Below, piece after piece: positions 15,361 to 22,867 of a stretch of DNA of 29,873 nucleotides. This DNA is from a virus. Lineage: Duplodnaviria > Caudoviricetes. The notes under the pieces are model-generated. The model saw nothing but the letters and a program-made list of their open reading frames with translations, was not told the DNA's origin and did no database searches. How positions within the stretch are numbered: position 1 is the stretch's first letter; every line of letters starts with the position of its first letter. The translations under genes and the position numbers were made by a program. The stretch is taken from the IMG/VR virus record IMGVR_UViG_3300042360_000150, positions 1 to 29,873 of that record. One strand, written 5' to 3'.

Positions 15361-15389
15361 AATAAACCCCGACAACAGTATCATCGGGG
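15361..15389 (-). terminator. Terminator-like hairpin between holin and endolysin
   Basis: CCCCGATGA-TACTG-TTGTCGGGG-TTTATT (9-bp stem with two G-U pairs, imperfect U-tract). Confidence 0.6.
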
Positions 15390-15428
15390 GATTCTCGGTG
15401 CTCACCTATGGTGGTCAGTCGAGTGGAG

Positions 15429-15854
15429 TCACTTCCATTGGTCGAGCTCTTCTTTTGATCGTGTGACGAATTTACGCATCGCAGCGAGGATGTTCTTTCC
15501 GGTCACGCTTTCATATGATTCGTTGATGCTTTTGACTTCCACTATCACGCAAAAGAAAGCCACAAATTTTGTCATGATGAGCTCCACAGAGATGAAGTGA
15601 GAGATGATATCACCAGCGATATACTTCTCGATTAGGAATGTGAATACGATGCCACCAGAGTAAAGCAATGACTTGCCGATTGTATCGGATAGCCTGCGAG
15701 ATTTGAATGCTTGCCAGCCTCCTTTTTTTACGCTGCGCCATACTCCGAATATGGTGTCAATGAATATGGCAAGAATTGCAATCAACACCATTGGTTGTAC
15801 TGGTGCGAGTATTGTGAGGAATGAAGCGGTCAAAATGAATAGGCTGTTTTTCAT
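15429..15854 (-). CDS. Holin (Phage_holin_4_1-like)
   Basis: Multiple TM helices, IDTIFGVW, SRRL..TI.K, EVKSINE; upstream of the amidase. Confidence 0.82.
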   Translation of the reverse strand: MKNSLFILTASFLTILAPVQPMVLIAILAIFIDTIFGVWRSVKKGGWQAFKSRRLSDTIGKSLLYSGGIVFTFLIEKYIAGDIISHFISVELIMTKFVAFFCVIVEVKSINESYESVTGKNILAAMRKFVTRSKEELDQWK

Positions 15855-16420
15855 CAGATGACAAGCATTTGATTGTTATATCCGTTATTGCGTGGATATC
15901 CACAATCCCACACACCATTCATGAAGCAATCACCGATGCACTGCACGCACTCAATTTGTGGGCGAAGGTCGGTGTCACGATTCTCATGGCTTATGAAGAT
16001 AGGATATTCTGCTCTGTTTTTCACCAGGTATCTGATGAGGCGCATCTCAAAGAATGATGCTTTCTGTGCGAAGTGCTCCATGCCGAATGCTACCTCACTG
16101 CGACCTACTGGCTGCGAGTAGTCACCACTCTGTTGTTGGAGTCCTTTATTCTTGAGCTGATAGGTCAAACCAAATACAGCGTCTTCAGCAGACCTCCATG
16201 CAATGACCGGCTGAATGAACAATACAAGCTGCTCCTCTTCAGGTGTCAACGTTTGATCGTTGTATGCCTCAAGCAGATGGTTGTAGAATACGGTGCCCAA
16301 TATCGGCATCACTCGGAGCTGTGCTTGAGTGGCTACATAGGGGAACACATCAGTCACATCCACATTTGCTGTGATGGGTGTGTTGGTCTTGAGATAAGAT
16401 TCTGTGATAAAGTACAACAT
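15854..16420 (-). CDS. Putative head-tail connector/adaptor (DUF6712-like)
   Basis: FITE..LK..TPI..NVD..AQ...P.LGT..Y..L helical pattern; directly after the portal. Confidence 0.6.
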   Translation of the reverse strand: MLYFITESYLKTNTPITANVDVTDVFPYVATQAQLRVMPILGTVFYNHLLEAYNDQTLTPEEEQLVLFIQPVIAWRSAEDAVFGLTYQLKNKGLQQQSGDYSQPVGRSEVAFGMEHFAQKASFFEMRLIRYLVKNRAEYPIFISHENRDTDLRPQIECVQCIGDCFMNGVWDCGYPRNNGYNNQMLVI

Positions 16421-17748
16421 TACGCTTGAGGTGTTTGAGATTGTGCTGCTGCTTGAGCTTGAGTGATGTCACCACCTGGTATCGGTGGAAGTGATGCGAG
16501 TGCTCTGACCTCGTTTGGTGTCATCTGCTCCAGTACTTTGGTAGCAACCAATGGGCTCAGTGAGTTGAGTGCGTCAGATGTCTTGCTTGCATCTCCCTCG
16601 ATTTCAACGATGGTCTCATTGATGATTTGGAAGTTGTTGATTGTGAAATCTGCGTTGATTTTAGCAATGCGAAGGATATCATTGAAGATGTCAACGATTT
16701 GCTCACGCAATGGCATCACGACATTCTTTTCAAAAATGACATATGCTTGCTTGATATCGCTACCAGAACCAAGTGAACCAGTGGTGCGGACACCCATCAA
16801 GATTGGGTCGATGGTATGAGCGAAACATATTTGCTCAGTATTCAATCCAGATGCTTCTTGGAACATCTTGTCATTTTGATTGGTTGGAATGCTTTCAATC
16901 TTTGGAAGCTGGTCCTGAGAATTGGCAAAAAATGCGACAGCCTTACCAGCGTTGGCAGCTCCCTTCATCTTGTCTATTGTGTTTCTCAATACGTTTTTCT
17001 CCTCTTCGCTCTGTGGTCGCTTAGGGAACATCATGGCAAATGAAGGGAAAACGCTGTTCTGAATGTTACTCTTTGCGAAGTACGAAAGTTCGCCCGAGAG
17101 ATATGCAAAATTTAAACAACTCGTGTATTTTGGTAGCGGATACCACTCTTGGCCTAAGCACTCGACCTCATATACAAACAATTGACAACGATCAGCGCAC
17201 GTTGGGTGATATCTTTTTATAGACATCACATCAATGCGGCTGCTCCAATCATCACACACAAAGTAGTTTTGCGGGTCTCTACCTCTTCTCACCTTGTCTG
17301 GAGATACATTCTCCATTCGAGTAAGCTTCATCTTATCATCGAAGTACAGCTTGAAGTACACACGATTGTGCACAATCAATTGCTCGGTTGTGATTCTGAC
17401 TGTCTTTTTTAGTCGAGATTTTTTCTCGAATGTGTACAATTCAAGAAGCTCTTGAGGTGTGGTTGTAGTTGTTTTAAGCTCAATTCCTCCACCAACTACG
17501 GCATTGGTTTTGTAGTCCACGATGGAACCATGCAGAGGCGATGAGTAAACCAACTGATTCAATACGCTTGGAAAAAGATTTGAATCGCCAAATGGAATCC
17601 ATCCAGTGGTTTGGTTTCTACCATTTACATATGGAAGAGATAAATTGCCAGCACCAATGTTGAGAAATGGTGTTGAAAAGGATTGATATCCTTCAACCAT
17701 CTCGGGTGCTTTTTGCTGTGCTGTTCTGAATCGGTCAAATATGCCCAT
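16420..17748 (-). CDS. Portal protein
   Basis: 442 aa with WIPFG..NLFP, SSPLHGSIV, YPLP.Y, N...PS, GA.NAGK, QI..AH...P.L.G, P....I, MT.NEVR. Confidence 0.85.
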   Translation of the reverse strand: MGIFDRFRTAQQKAPEMVEGYQSFSTPFLNIGAGNLSLPYVNGRNQTTGWIPFGDSNLFPSVLNQLVYSSPLHGSIVDYKTNAVVGGGIELKTTTTTPQELLELYTFEKKSRLKKTVRITTEQLIVHNRVYFKLYFDDKMKLTRMENVSPDKVRRGRDPQNYFVCDDWSSRIDVMSIKRYHPTCADRCQLFVYEVECLGQEWYPLPKYTSCLNFAYLSGELSYFAKSNIQNSVFPSFAMMFPKRPQSEEEKNVLRNTIDKMKGAANAGKAVAFFANSQDQLPKIESIPTNQNDKMFQEASGLNTEQICFAHTIDPILMGVRTTGSLGSGSDIKQAYVIFEKNVVMPLREQIVDIFNDILRIAKINADFTINNFQIINETIVEIEGDASKTSDALNSLSPLVATKVLEQMTPNEVRALASLPPIPGGDITQAQAAAQSQTPQA

Positions 17749-17750
17749 GA

Positions 17751-18092
17751 TTAATCGTAAATTGATGATGTTGATGCGCCACTGACAACCATTCTGCCCT
17801 CTTCAATGACCACTCCAGTGGTATCACTGATTTCTGTTGGAGGTATGGTTGATTCATAAACGCTGTATGTATATTGTCCCTTCGTTAGCTCGACATCAAC
17901 CGGCTCATCCAAATAAAAGAGATTGAATCTCTCTGGATAGTCGGAGTCATCTGGTGCTGTGAATAGAATCGGGTCGGATGTTGGATTCATTTCGTTCTGA
18001 AAAACGAACAAATAGTATGGTGAAGTAAGTGTTGACACCTCTGTGAGCGTCAGCACAATCGAATTCACCTCTCCTTTATTAATGTATATCAT
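17751..18092 (-). CDS. Small virion structural protein (113 aa, beta-rich)
   Basis: First gene after late motif B; GQYTYSVYE..IEEGRM. Role not assignable. Confidence 0.6.
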   Translation of the reverse strand: MIYINKGEVNSIVLTLTEVSTLTSPYYLFVFQNEMNPTSDPILFTAPDDSDYPERFNLFYLDEPVDVELTKGQYTYSVYESTIPPTEISDTTGVVIEEGRMVVSGASTSSIYD

Positions 18093-18097
18093 TATAG

Positions 18098-18125
18098 TTA
18101 TATTGCAAATAGGTCAAAAAATGTT
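18098..18125 (-). promoter_or_regulatory. Putative late promoter B, AACA-N13-TTGCAATATAA
   Basis: AACA TTTTTTGACCTAT TTGCAATATAA, 5 nt before ATG 18092 and just after a terminator. Confidence 0.82.
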
Positions 18126-18132
18126 CATAAAC

Positions 18133-18158
18133 AAAAAAAGCCACCCTATTGGATGGCT
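18133..18158 (-). terminator. Intrinsic terminator after the tail tube gene
   Basis: AGCCATCC-AATA-GGGTGGCT followed by a T run. Confidence 0.85.
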
Positions 18159-18179
18159 CTTTAAGTAGTTTAATTCAGA

Positions 18180-18698
18180 TTATGCAATGACAGCATTGAC
18201 AGCAGCTGCTTCAATCTCGTATGCAAGGAAGTCATTCTCTGCGATCAATGTCACAGAATATTTGCTACCATCTGCACGAGTTGTACCAGAACCTTCACCA
18301 ACTGCGCTCAATTGAAGGTAAGGGAAGTACCAGTACTTTCCGTTCATATCCTTCACGATTGCGTTGAGGTATTGCTGACCAGCACCCAAGATTTTGATTG
18401 ATTGAGATTTGTCTTGGTCACGGCGGTGGAACATCAAAGTGATGGTCGCAGTAACATAAGATGAACCATTCACAAGGTCAATTGCAGCATCTTCAACATA
18501 GCTTCCAGTGTTACGACGTATCTCGAATGGAGTATAGTCAGGAGCACCAACTGCTAAAGTGATCGCATCGATTGTCCAGGTGTTTGTGTCATCTAAATCG
18601 ATTGACGCAATGTTGTCTTGCTGATTAATCCAAATCTTTTCAATGCCACCACTATTGTTGTCGCATGATTTTACGATTGTTTCTAAAGCTTCGCACAT
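18180..18698 (-). CDS. Putative major tail tube protein
   Basis: 172 aa with C......C....GGI..I, NG..Y....IT, IVKD.NG.YW, SGT...D...Y.VT; follows the MCP. Confidence 0.7.
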   Translation of the reverse strand: MCEALETIVKSCDNNSGGIEKIWINQQDNIASIDLDDTNTWTIDAITLAVGAPDYTPFEIRRNTGSYVEDAAIDLVNGSSYVTATITLMFHRRDQDKSQSIKILGAGQQYLNAIVKDMNGKYWYFPYLQLSAVGEGSGTTRADGSKYSVTLIAENDFLAYEIEAAAVNAVIA

Positions 18699-18721
18699 TT
18701 TTTTTTGAATTTATTCAGTTT

Positions 18722-18748
18722 AAAAAAAAGGGGGGAATTTCACCCCCC
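18722..18748 (-). terminator. Intrinsic terminator between MCP and tail tube genes
   Basis: GGGGGG-TGAAATT-CCCCCC-TTTTTTTT. Confidence 0.85.
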
Positions 18749-18756
18749 AAAATATA

Positions 18757-19689
18757 TTAGGATGCAGAGTTGTAGAATACAATCTCACCACCGTTCACAT
18801 GAGTGAAACCAACTTTCATGTTGGCACGAGTGCGGATAACCGGCTCAGCAACTGTGTCAGCTAAGTTGATAGCACGCAATGCTTTACCATCACCTTCAGC
18901 ATCAAAACTGTATATAAGATTGCCTTTCAACGTAGCAACAATTTTAGATGTTGTACCCATACCTGGACACAATACCATCTTGATTCCTAAGTAAGAGAAA
19001 TCTAATGCTTGAGTCAAGTTGGCTTGAGTGTTGGCAGCAGCAACAGCAGCACGATAAGCCGTAGCAACTGGAGTTGATACATAGATTCTCAAATCTTCTT
19101 GGTTAGCGATTACAGCAGCTGGGATAGCAGCGTAAACTAAAGCCAATTTTGCAAGAACATTTGATGGAGTGATCGCAACTGGTGAAGCGATATCAATCAC
19201 AGCTGAATCAGCAAGCAATCCTTTTACATAACCATCACACAATGCGAGGGCAGGAACTAATGATTCAGTATCACCTAACCAACGAAGTTTTTCGATGTTC
19301 TCAGCGATTGTTTTCGCCATTTCATTCCAGTAGAAATCCATGAAAGATGCAACAGTGAAGTCACCATTTGAACCTTTTGTCATTTGAAGAGATACGAATG
19401 ATTGCTCCAAATTGAATTGGCAGATTTCAGCCATAGCTGATAATCCACATACATCAATTTCAACAGATGAGAGGTCGTCATCGCTTGCATTCCATCCGCA
19501 GTTCTCTGCTTGGAGGACCTGACCGAATGTTACGGTTGAAATTTTTGTCTTATATTTGACACCAGGAAGTGTGCGGTAGTTGTCAACCGTTTCCTCATTC
19601 AAATACGCACGAGAATAGAATGCCTCGCTGTTTGCTTGCAATAACGCTGATGCGTCAATGTCCAAGTCGAATCTTAATTTTCTGCTCAT
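18757..19689 (-). CDS. Major capsid protein
   Basis: 310 aa after the protease/scaffold gene; IA..IE...W.GD, DG....L, then a strong terminator. Confidence 0.85.
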   Translation of the reverse strand: MSRKLRFDLDIDASALLQANSEAFYSRAYLNEETVDNYRTLPGVKYKTKISTVTFGQVLQAENCGWNASDDDLSSVEIDVCGLSAMAEICQFNLEQSFVSLQMTKGSNGDFTVASFMDFYWNEMAKTIAENIEKLRWLGDTESLVPALALCDGYVKGLLADSAVIDIASPVAITPSNVLAKLALVYAAIPAAVIANQEDLRIYVSTPVATAYRAAVAAANTQANLTQALDFSYLGIKMVLCPGMGTTSKIVATLKGNLIYSFDAEGDGKALRAINLADTVAEPVIRTRANMKVGFTHVNGGEIVFYNSAS

Positions 19690-19702
19690 TTTGGTTTGTT
19701 TT

Positions 19703-20698
19703 TTATTGGTTATTTAGGTTTAAAAATTTACTCACTGCGCTGAATTTTGCTTGCACTGACATTTTTTGTTTGTTGTCTGTTGCCTCAACTTCAACTTCTT
19801 TTTCGTTGTACATCTCTTCCATTTGATTGCGAAGGTCTGCAAGCATTGCTATTAATGCCTTCTCACGCTCCTCAATAACTGGCAAGACGATTGCAAGAAT
19901 AGCCTCTGCATCTGCTGTCGGGTCGATAGCCATCTCTTCGTCAGTGATGGTTGAATCTTCAGTCACTGTCTCCTCGACTGTTGTATCTTCCAACGCTACT
20001 GGCTCTGCTGCCATCTCTTCCTCAACCACTTCAGCGGTTGGCTCTTCTTTTTCCATCTCTTTGATTTCAACAACCTCGCCATCTTTCATGACGTAGATTT
20101 TGTCCTCAACAAGATATTCTCCATCTGGTAACTTGTTCATGTTATTTAGTTTAATTTGTTCCGATAATTTAAGACCAAGAAAGCCCTCGATGGAGAATCC
20201 GACTTGACCATCTTCAACCAATTTGTTGTAGTATTCTGGGTCAGTCACCTGAACAGTCAACATGAGAGTTCCTTTCGGTACCTCGATGCCAAATGTGCTG
20301 AATGCTTTGTCTTGGTTTGGGTTGTCCACAATCCATGTTTCGAGGATGTAGGCTGGCACCTTCTTATCAGTGTCATGCTCCAGGTTGAAGATGTCACGAT
20401 TTTTGAGGTCGGCCATGAACTTGGTGTGAATCTGCTCAATGACCTCAGCGGTGAACTGCACATAATACTCGCCATCTTCTTTGTTGTTTCGATAGATGTC
20501 CATCGGTATCATTGCCGGTGCCGTGATGCGATATTTTAGATCGTCAGAAAAAATCATTTTTTTCTCTGCGCTGAAAGCCATCCCTTTGACCTTGATAGCT
20601 GGAAGATTGGTGAACGCAATCATCTCGATGCCTAAGTTCTCGCCATCGGCAAACTCATCTTCGATTGTGATTTTGTAAATAGGAATATCTTTGGTCAT
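19703..20698 (-). CDS. Prohead protease (XkdF-like) fused to an acidic scaffold domain (probable start MTKDIP at 20698)
   Basis: IAF...PAI, PAMIP..IYR, YYV.FT.E.I, NLEHD, ETWIV, GFSIEG; acidic coiled-coil C-terminus. Late motif C sits 2 nt before ATG 20698. Confidence 0.82.
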   Translation of the reverse strand: MTKDIPIYKITIEDEFADGENLGIEMIAFTNLPAIKVKGMAFSAEKKMIFSDDLKYRITAPAMIPMDIYRNNKEDGEYYVQFTAEVIEQIHTKFMADLKNRDIFNLEHDTDKKVPAYILETWIVDNPNQDKAFSTFGIEVPKGTLMLTVQVTDPEYYNKLVEDGQVGFSIEGFLGLKLSEQIKLNNMNKLPDGEYLVEDKIYVMKDGEVVEIKEMEKEEPTAEVVEEEMAAEPVALEDTTVEETVTEDSTITDEEMAIDPTADAEAILAIVLPVIEEREKALIAMLADLRNQMEEMYNEKEVEVEATDNKQKMSVQAKFSAVSKFLNLNNQ

Positions 20699-20700
20699 GC

Positions 20701-20727
20701 TTATATTGCAAATTTTGTATCTTTGTT
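20701..20727 (-). promoter_or_regulatory. Putative late promoter C, AACA-N12-TTGCAATATAA
   Basis: AACA AAGATACAAAAT TTGCAATATAA GC ATG. Confidence 0.8.
20718..20725 (+). promoter_or_regulatory. Bacteroidota -7 promoter element for the plus-strand gene pair
   Basis: TATCTTTG 16 nt before ATG 20742; a second TATCTTTG lies at 20686-20693. Confidence 0.6.
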
Positions 20728-20741
20728 CATAAATTGATATT

Positions 20742-21290
20742 ATGATACAAGTATTTGACATCCAAGTCCCAAACAAAATGAGCGAGCTCACCATCGAGCA
20801 GTTCGAAAAAATCAGCCAAATTCTGAACAATCAAGAATTCGACAACATCGAGAGATATGTTGAGATGTTCAAATATCTTGGCATCAAAGAGGAGCTATGG
20901 GATGACTACCCATTCAGCAAATTTGTTGAGCTGATAAAAGAATTCAACCTCGATTCATACACACCGAATGAAGCGCAGACAACCATCGAGTTGGAAGGCT
21001 ACACCTATGAGGCGCAGCTCAAGCTGTCAGTGAAAGAGACCAAGCTCATCGAGAAGATTGTCAACACCAAGCCGAATCACTACATCAGTGATATTCTTGC
21101 AATCATGTTCAAACGAACTGACCTATCCAACACCGAGCACTTCACAGATGCGCACCTCAAACACAAAGCAAAAATATTTCGCAATCTGAAAGCAGAAATC
21201 TGCGTTCCATACATTGTATTTGTGACTGAGAAAATATCTGAATATGCCCAAGCCAACGCTGCCGAAGAGGTGGAACCAAGTCAATCTTGA
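20742..21290 (+). CDS. Putative tail assembly chaperone, short paralog
   Basis: 182-aa helical acidic protein that aligns by eye with the N-terminal part of 21244-21981. Function inferred. Confidence 0.55.
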   Translation: MIQVFDIQVPNKMSELTIEQFEKISQILNNQEFDNIERYVEMFKYLGIKEELWDDYPFSKFVELIKEFNLDSYTPNEAQTTIELEGYTYEAQLKLSVKETKLIEKIVNTKPNHYISDILAIMFKRTDLSNTEHFTDAHLKHKAKIFRNLKAEICVPYIVFVTEKISEYAQANAAEEVEPSQS

Positions 21291-21981
21291 GCAGTTCATT
21301 GAGCTGAGACAACTCAAAGGTGATGATGGTGTATTTAACCACAACATTGACATCATCTGCGCACTCACAGATTCACTGCCAGAAGATTTTGATGACCTCG
21401 ACATCACAGAGGTAACTGAAATCTTTAAGGACCTTCAGTGGCTGTACACCGAGCCAAGCAAATTGTACACCGATAGGATTGGCAAGTTCTATCTCAAGCC
21501 AATGACTGACCTCACGCTTGGTGAATTCATTGACCTGGAGTATTATTTCACCAGCGACTACATCCAATATCTTCCAAACATCTGCGCTCTGCTGTATCGC
21601 ATTCCATCAGTTGTCGAGGACAATGTGGTCTCAAAGTGGGAATCAAACGATTTCAAGACCTCAAGTCGGGTGCATTACTTCCTGGACCAACCAATCACCA
21701 AGATGTATGGTGTGCTGACCGAATATATCAAGTTCAGAGATAACTTCATCACCAGCCACAAGAATCTAATGACAGAGCAAGTGGTTGATGACATCGATGA
21801 AATCACTGACCCTGACGAAAAGAAGGAAGCAGAGCGTGAAAAGTCCTCACAAAAATGGGGATGGGAGCAGCTCATTTGGTCGGTGTGCAATGGTGACCTC
21901 ACCAAATATGACCAAGTAATCAACATGAAGCTCGTGCTTGTGTTTAATTTCTTGGCGATGCGTAAAGAGCTGGAGATTTAG
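21244..21981 (+). CDS. Putative tail assembly chaperone, long paralog
   Basis: 245 aa with P..W..V.LEQF, LTLGEFIDLE, A.LYR and a C-terminal KWGW..L..GD..K.D.V....L..F.FL extension. Confidence 0.55.
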   Translation: MPKPTLPKRWNQVNLEQFIELRQLKGDDGVFNHNIDIICALTDSLPEDFDDLDITEVTEIFKDLQWLYTEPSKLYTDRIGKFYLKPMTDLTLGEFIDLEYYFTSDYIQYLPNICALLYRIPSVVEDNVVSKWESNDFKTSSRVHYFLDQPITKMYGVLTEYIKFRDNFITSHKNLMTEQVVDDIDEITDPDEKKEAEREKSSQKWGWEQLIWSVCNGDLTKYDQVINMKLVLVFNFLAMRKELEI

Positions 21982-22403
21982 TAGTCGAGTGCGTAGTTGA
22001 AATCTCCGAATAACGGTCTGAAGTCATATATCACTTTCGGCTTTCTGCGCAACAAATTGCCGAGCTCCAAGATAGGGAACTTCTGAGCCAAGTCAGAGAC
22101 ATAAAGTCCATACATTTCAGCAATCAATCCATTCATCTCCATTGCTTGGTTGAATTTCTTGACCAAGTGAAAGGGTGCGATAGTTGCAGTTCCGTTGTTC
22201 AGGTACCCAAAATAGTAGGCAGCGAGAATCTCTATGCGAATGTTGCCTTCTGTGGTCACTTTGGCATTGATACGCACCGAATCATACAGCGTGTATGTGT
22301 CGATGAGTGCTTCATCCTTGATGACTTTCTTGAGTGTGTTGGCCATCTTCCTTCTGAGAGGATATTTGAAGTTATATTCGCCAGTGTTTTTGTACCTTGC
22401 CAT
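21978..22403 (-). CDS. Putative tail completion/neck protein (HK97 gp10-like)
   Basis: Basic 141-aa protein with IDT..L.DSV and YY..YLN.GT; preceded by late motif D. Confidence 0.55.
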   Translation of the reverse strand: MARYKNTGEYNFKYPLRRKMANTLKKVIKDEALIDTYTLYDSVRINAKVTTEGNIRIEILAAYYFGYLNNGTATIAPFHLVKKFNQAMEMNGLIAEMYGLYVSDLAQKFPILELGNLLRRKPKVIYDFRPLFGDFNYALDY

Positions 22404-22406
22404 TAC

Positions 22407-22434
22407 TTATATTGCAATCAGTTGCCAATTTGTT
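22407..22434 (-). promoter_or_regulatory. Putative late promoter D, AACA-N13-TTGCAATATAA
   Basis: AACA AATTGGCAACTGA TTGCAATATAA GTA ATG. Confidence 0.8.
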
Positions 22435-22867
22435 TAGGAATCTGACAATCGGTCCATGAATCCATGGTGAATGTGATGGTCATGAGCCATCCAGCAGCGT
22501 AGTCGAGAAGGTCATTGTTGAGCGGCACCAAAGCTGGAAAGCCTACCACATCAAAATCACGATCATTGTCATTGAAAGTATAGTTCAAATACAAGTCCAT
22601 GAGAATCTGATGGCAGTCACTCAATATGACGTTGATATTTGCACGGTCTTTTTGGATGATGTCAAAGCAGTAAATCTCAAGCGTGAAGTCATTGGTGTTG
22701 TCGGTTGGTATCGCATCAATCGGAACGATGTACACAATCGGATACTTCTCATCCTTGGTGGCGAAGTTGAAGAGCTGCTCTTTGAAGTCAGAGCCCACCT
22801 TTTTGACTTGGAGATGGGAATTGTAGAATGCGATGATTTCGTTGACGAGTGCTTGATAGCTTATCAT
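22418..22867 (-). CDS. Putative tail terminator protein
   Basis: Acidic 149-aa protein with YP.VY..P, F..EI..FD, LSD..QI..D, AGW...I. Confidence 0.6.
   Translation of the reverse strand: MISYQALVNEIIAFYNSHLQVKKVGSDFKEQLFNFATKDEKYPIVYIVPIDAIPTDNTNDFTLEIYCFDIIQKDRANINVILSDCHQILMDLYLNYTFNDNDRDFDVVGFPALVPLNNDLLDYAAGWLMTITFTMDSWTDCQIPKQIGN

Noticed and set aside
19703-20830. Track's 375-aa start for the protease
   Set aside because: It overlaps the plus-strand gene and the divergent promoters; ATG 20698 follows late motif C.
21220-21290. Programmed -1 frameshift joining the two plus-strand genes
   Set aside because: The second gene is in the +1 frame, has a stop at 21223 and its own ATG, and no XXXYYYZ heptamer is evident.
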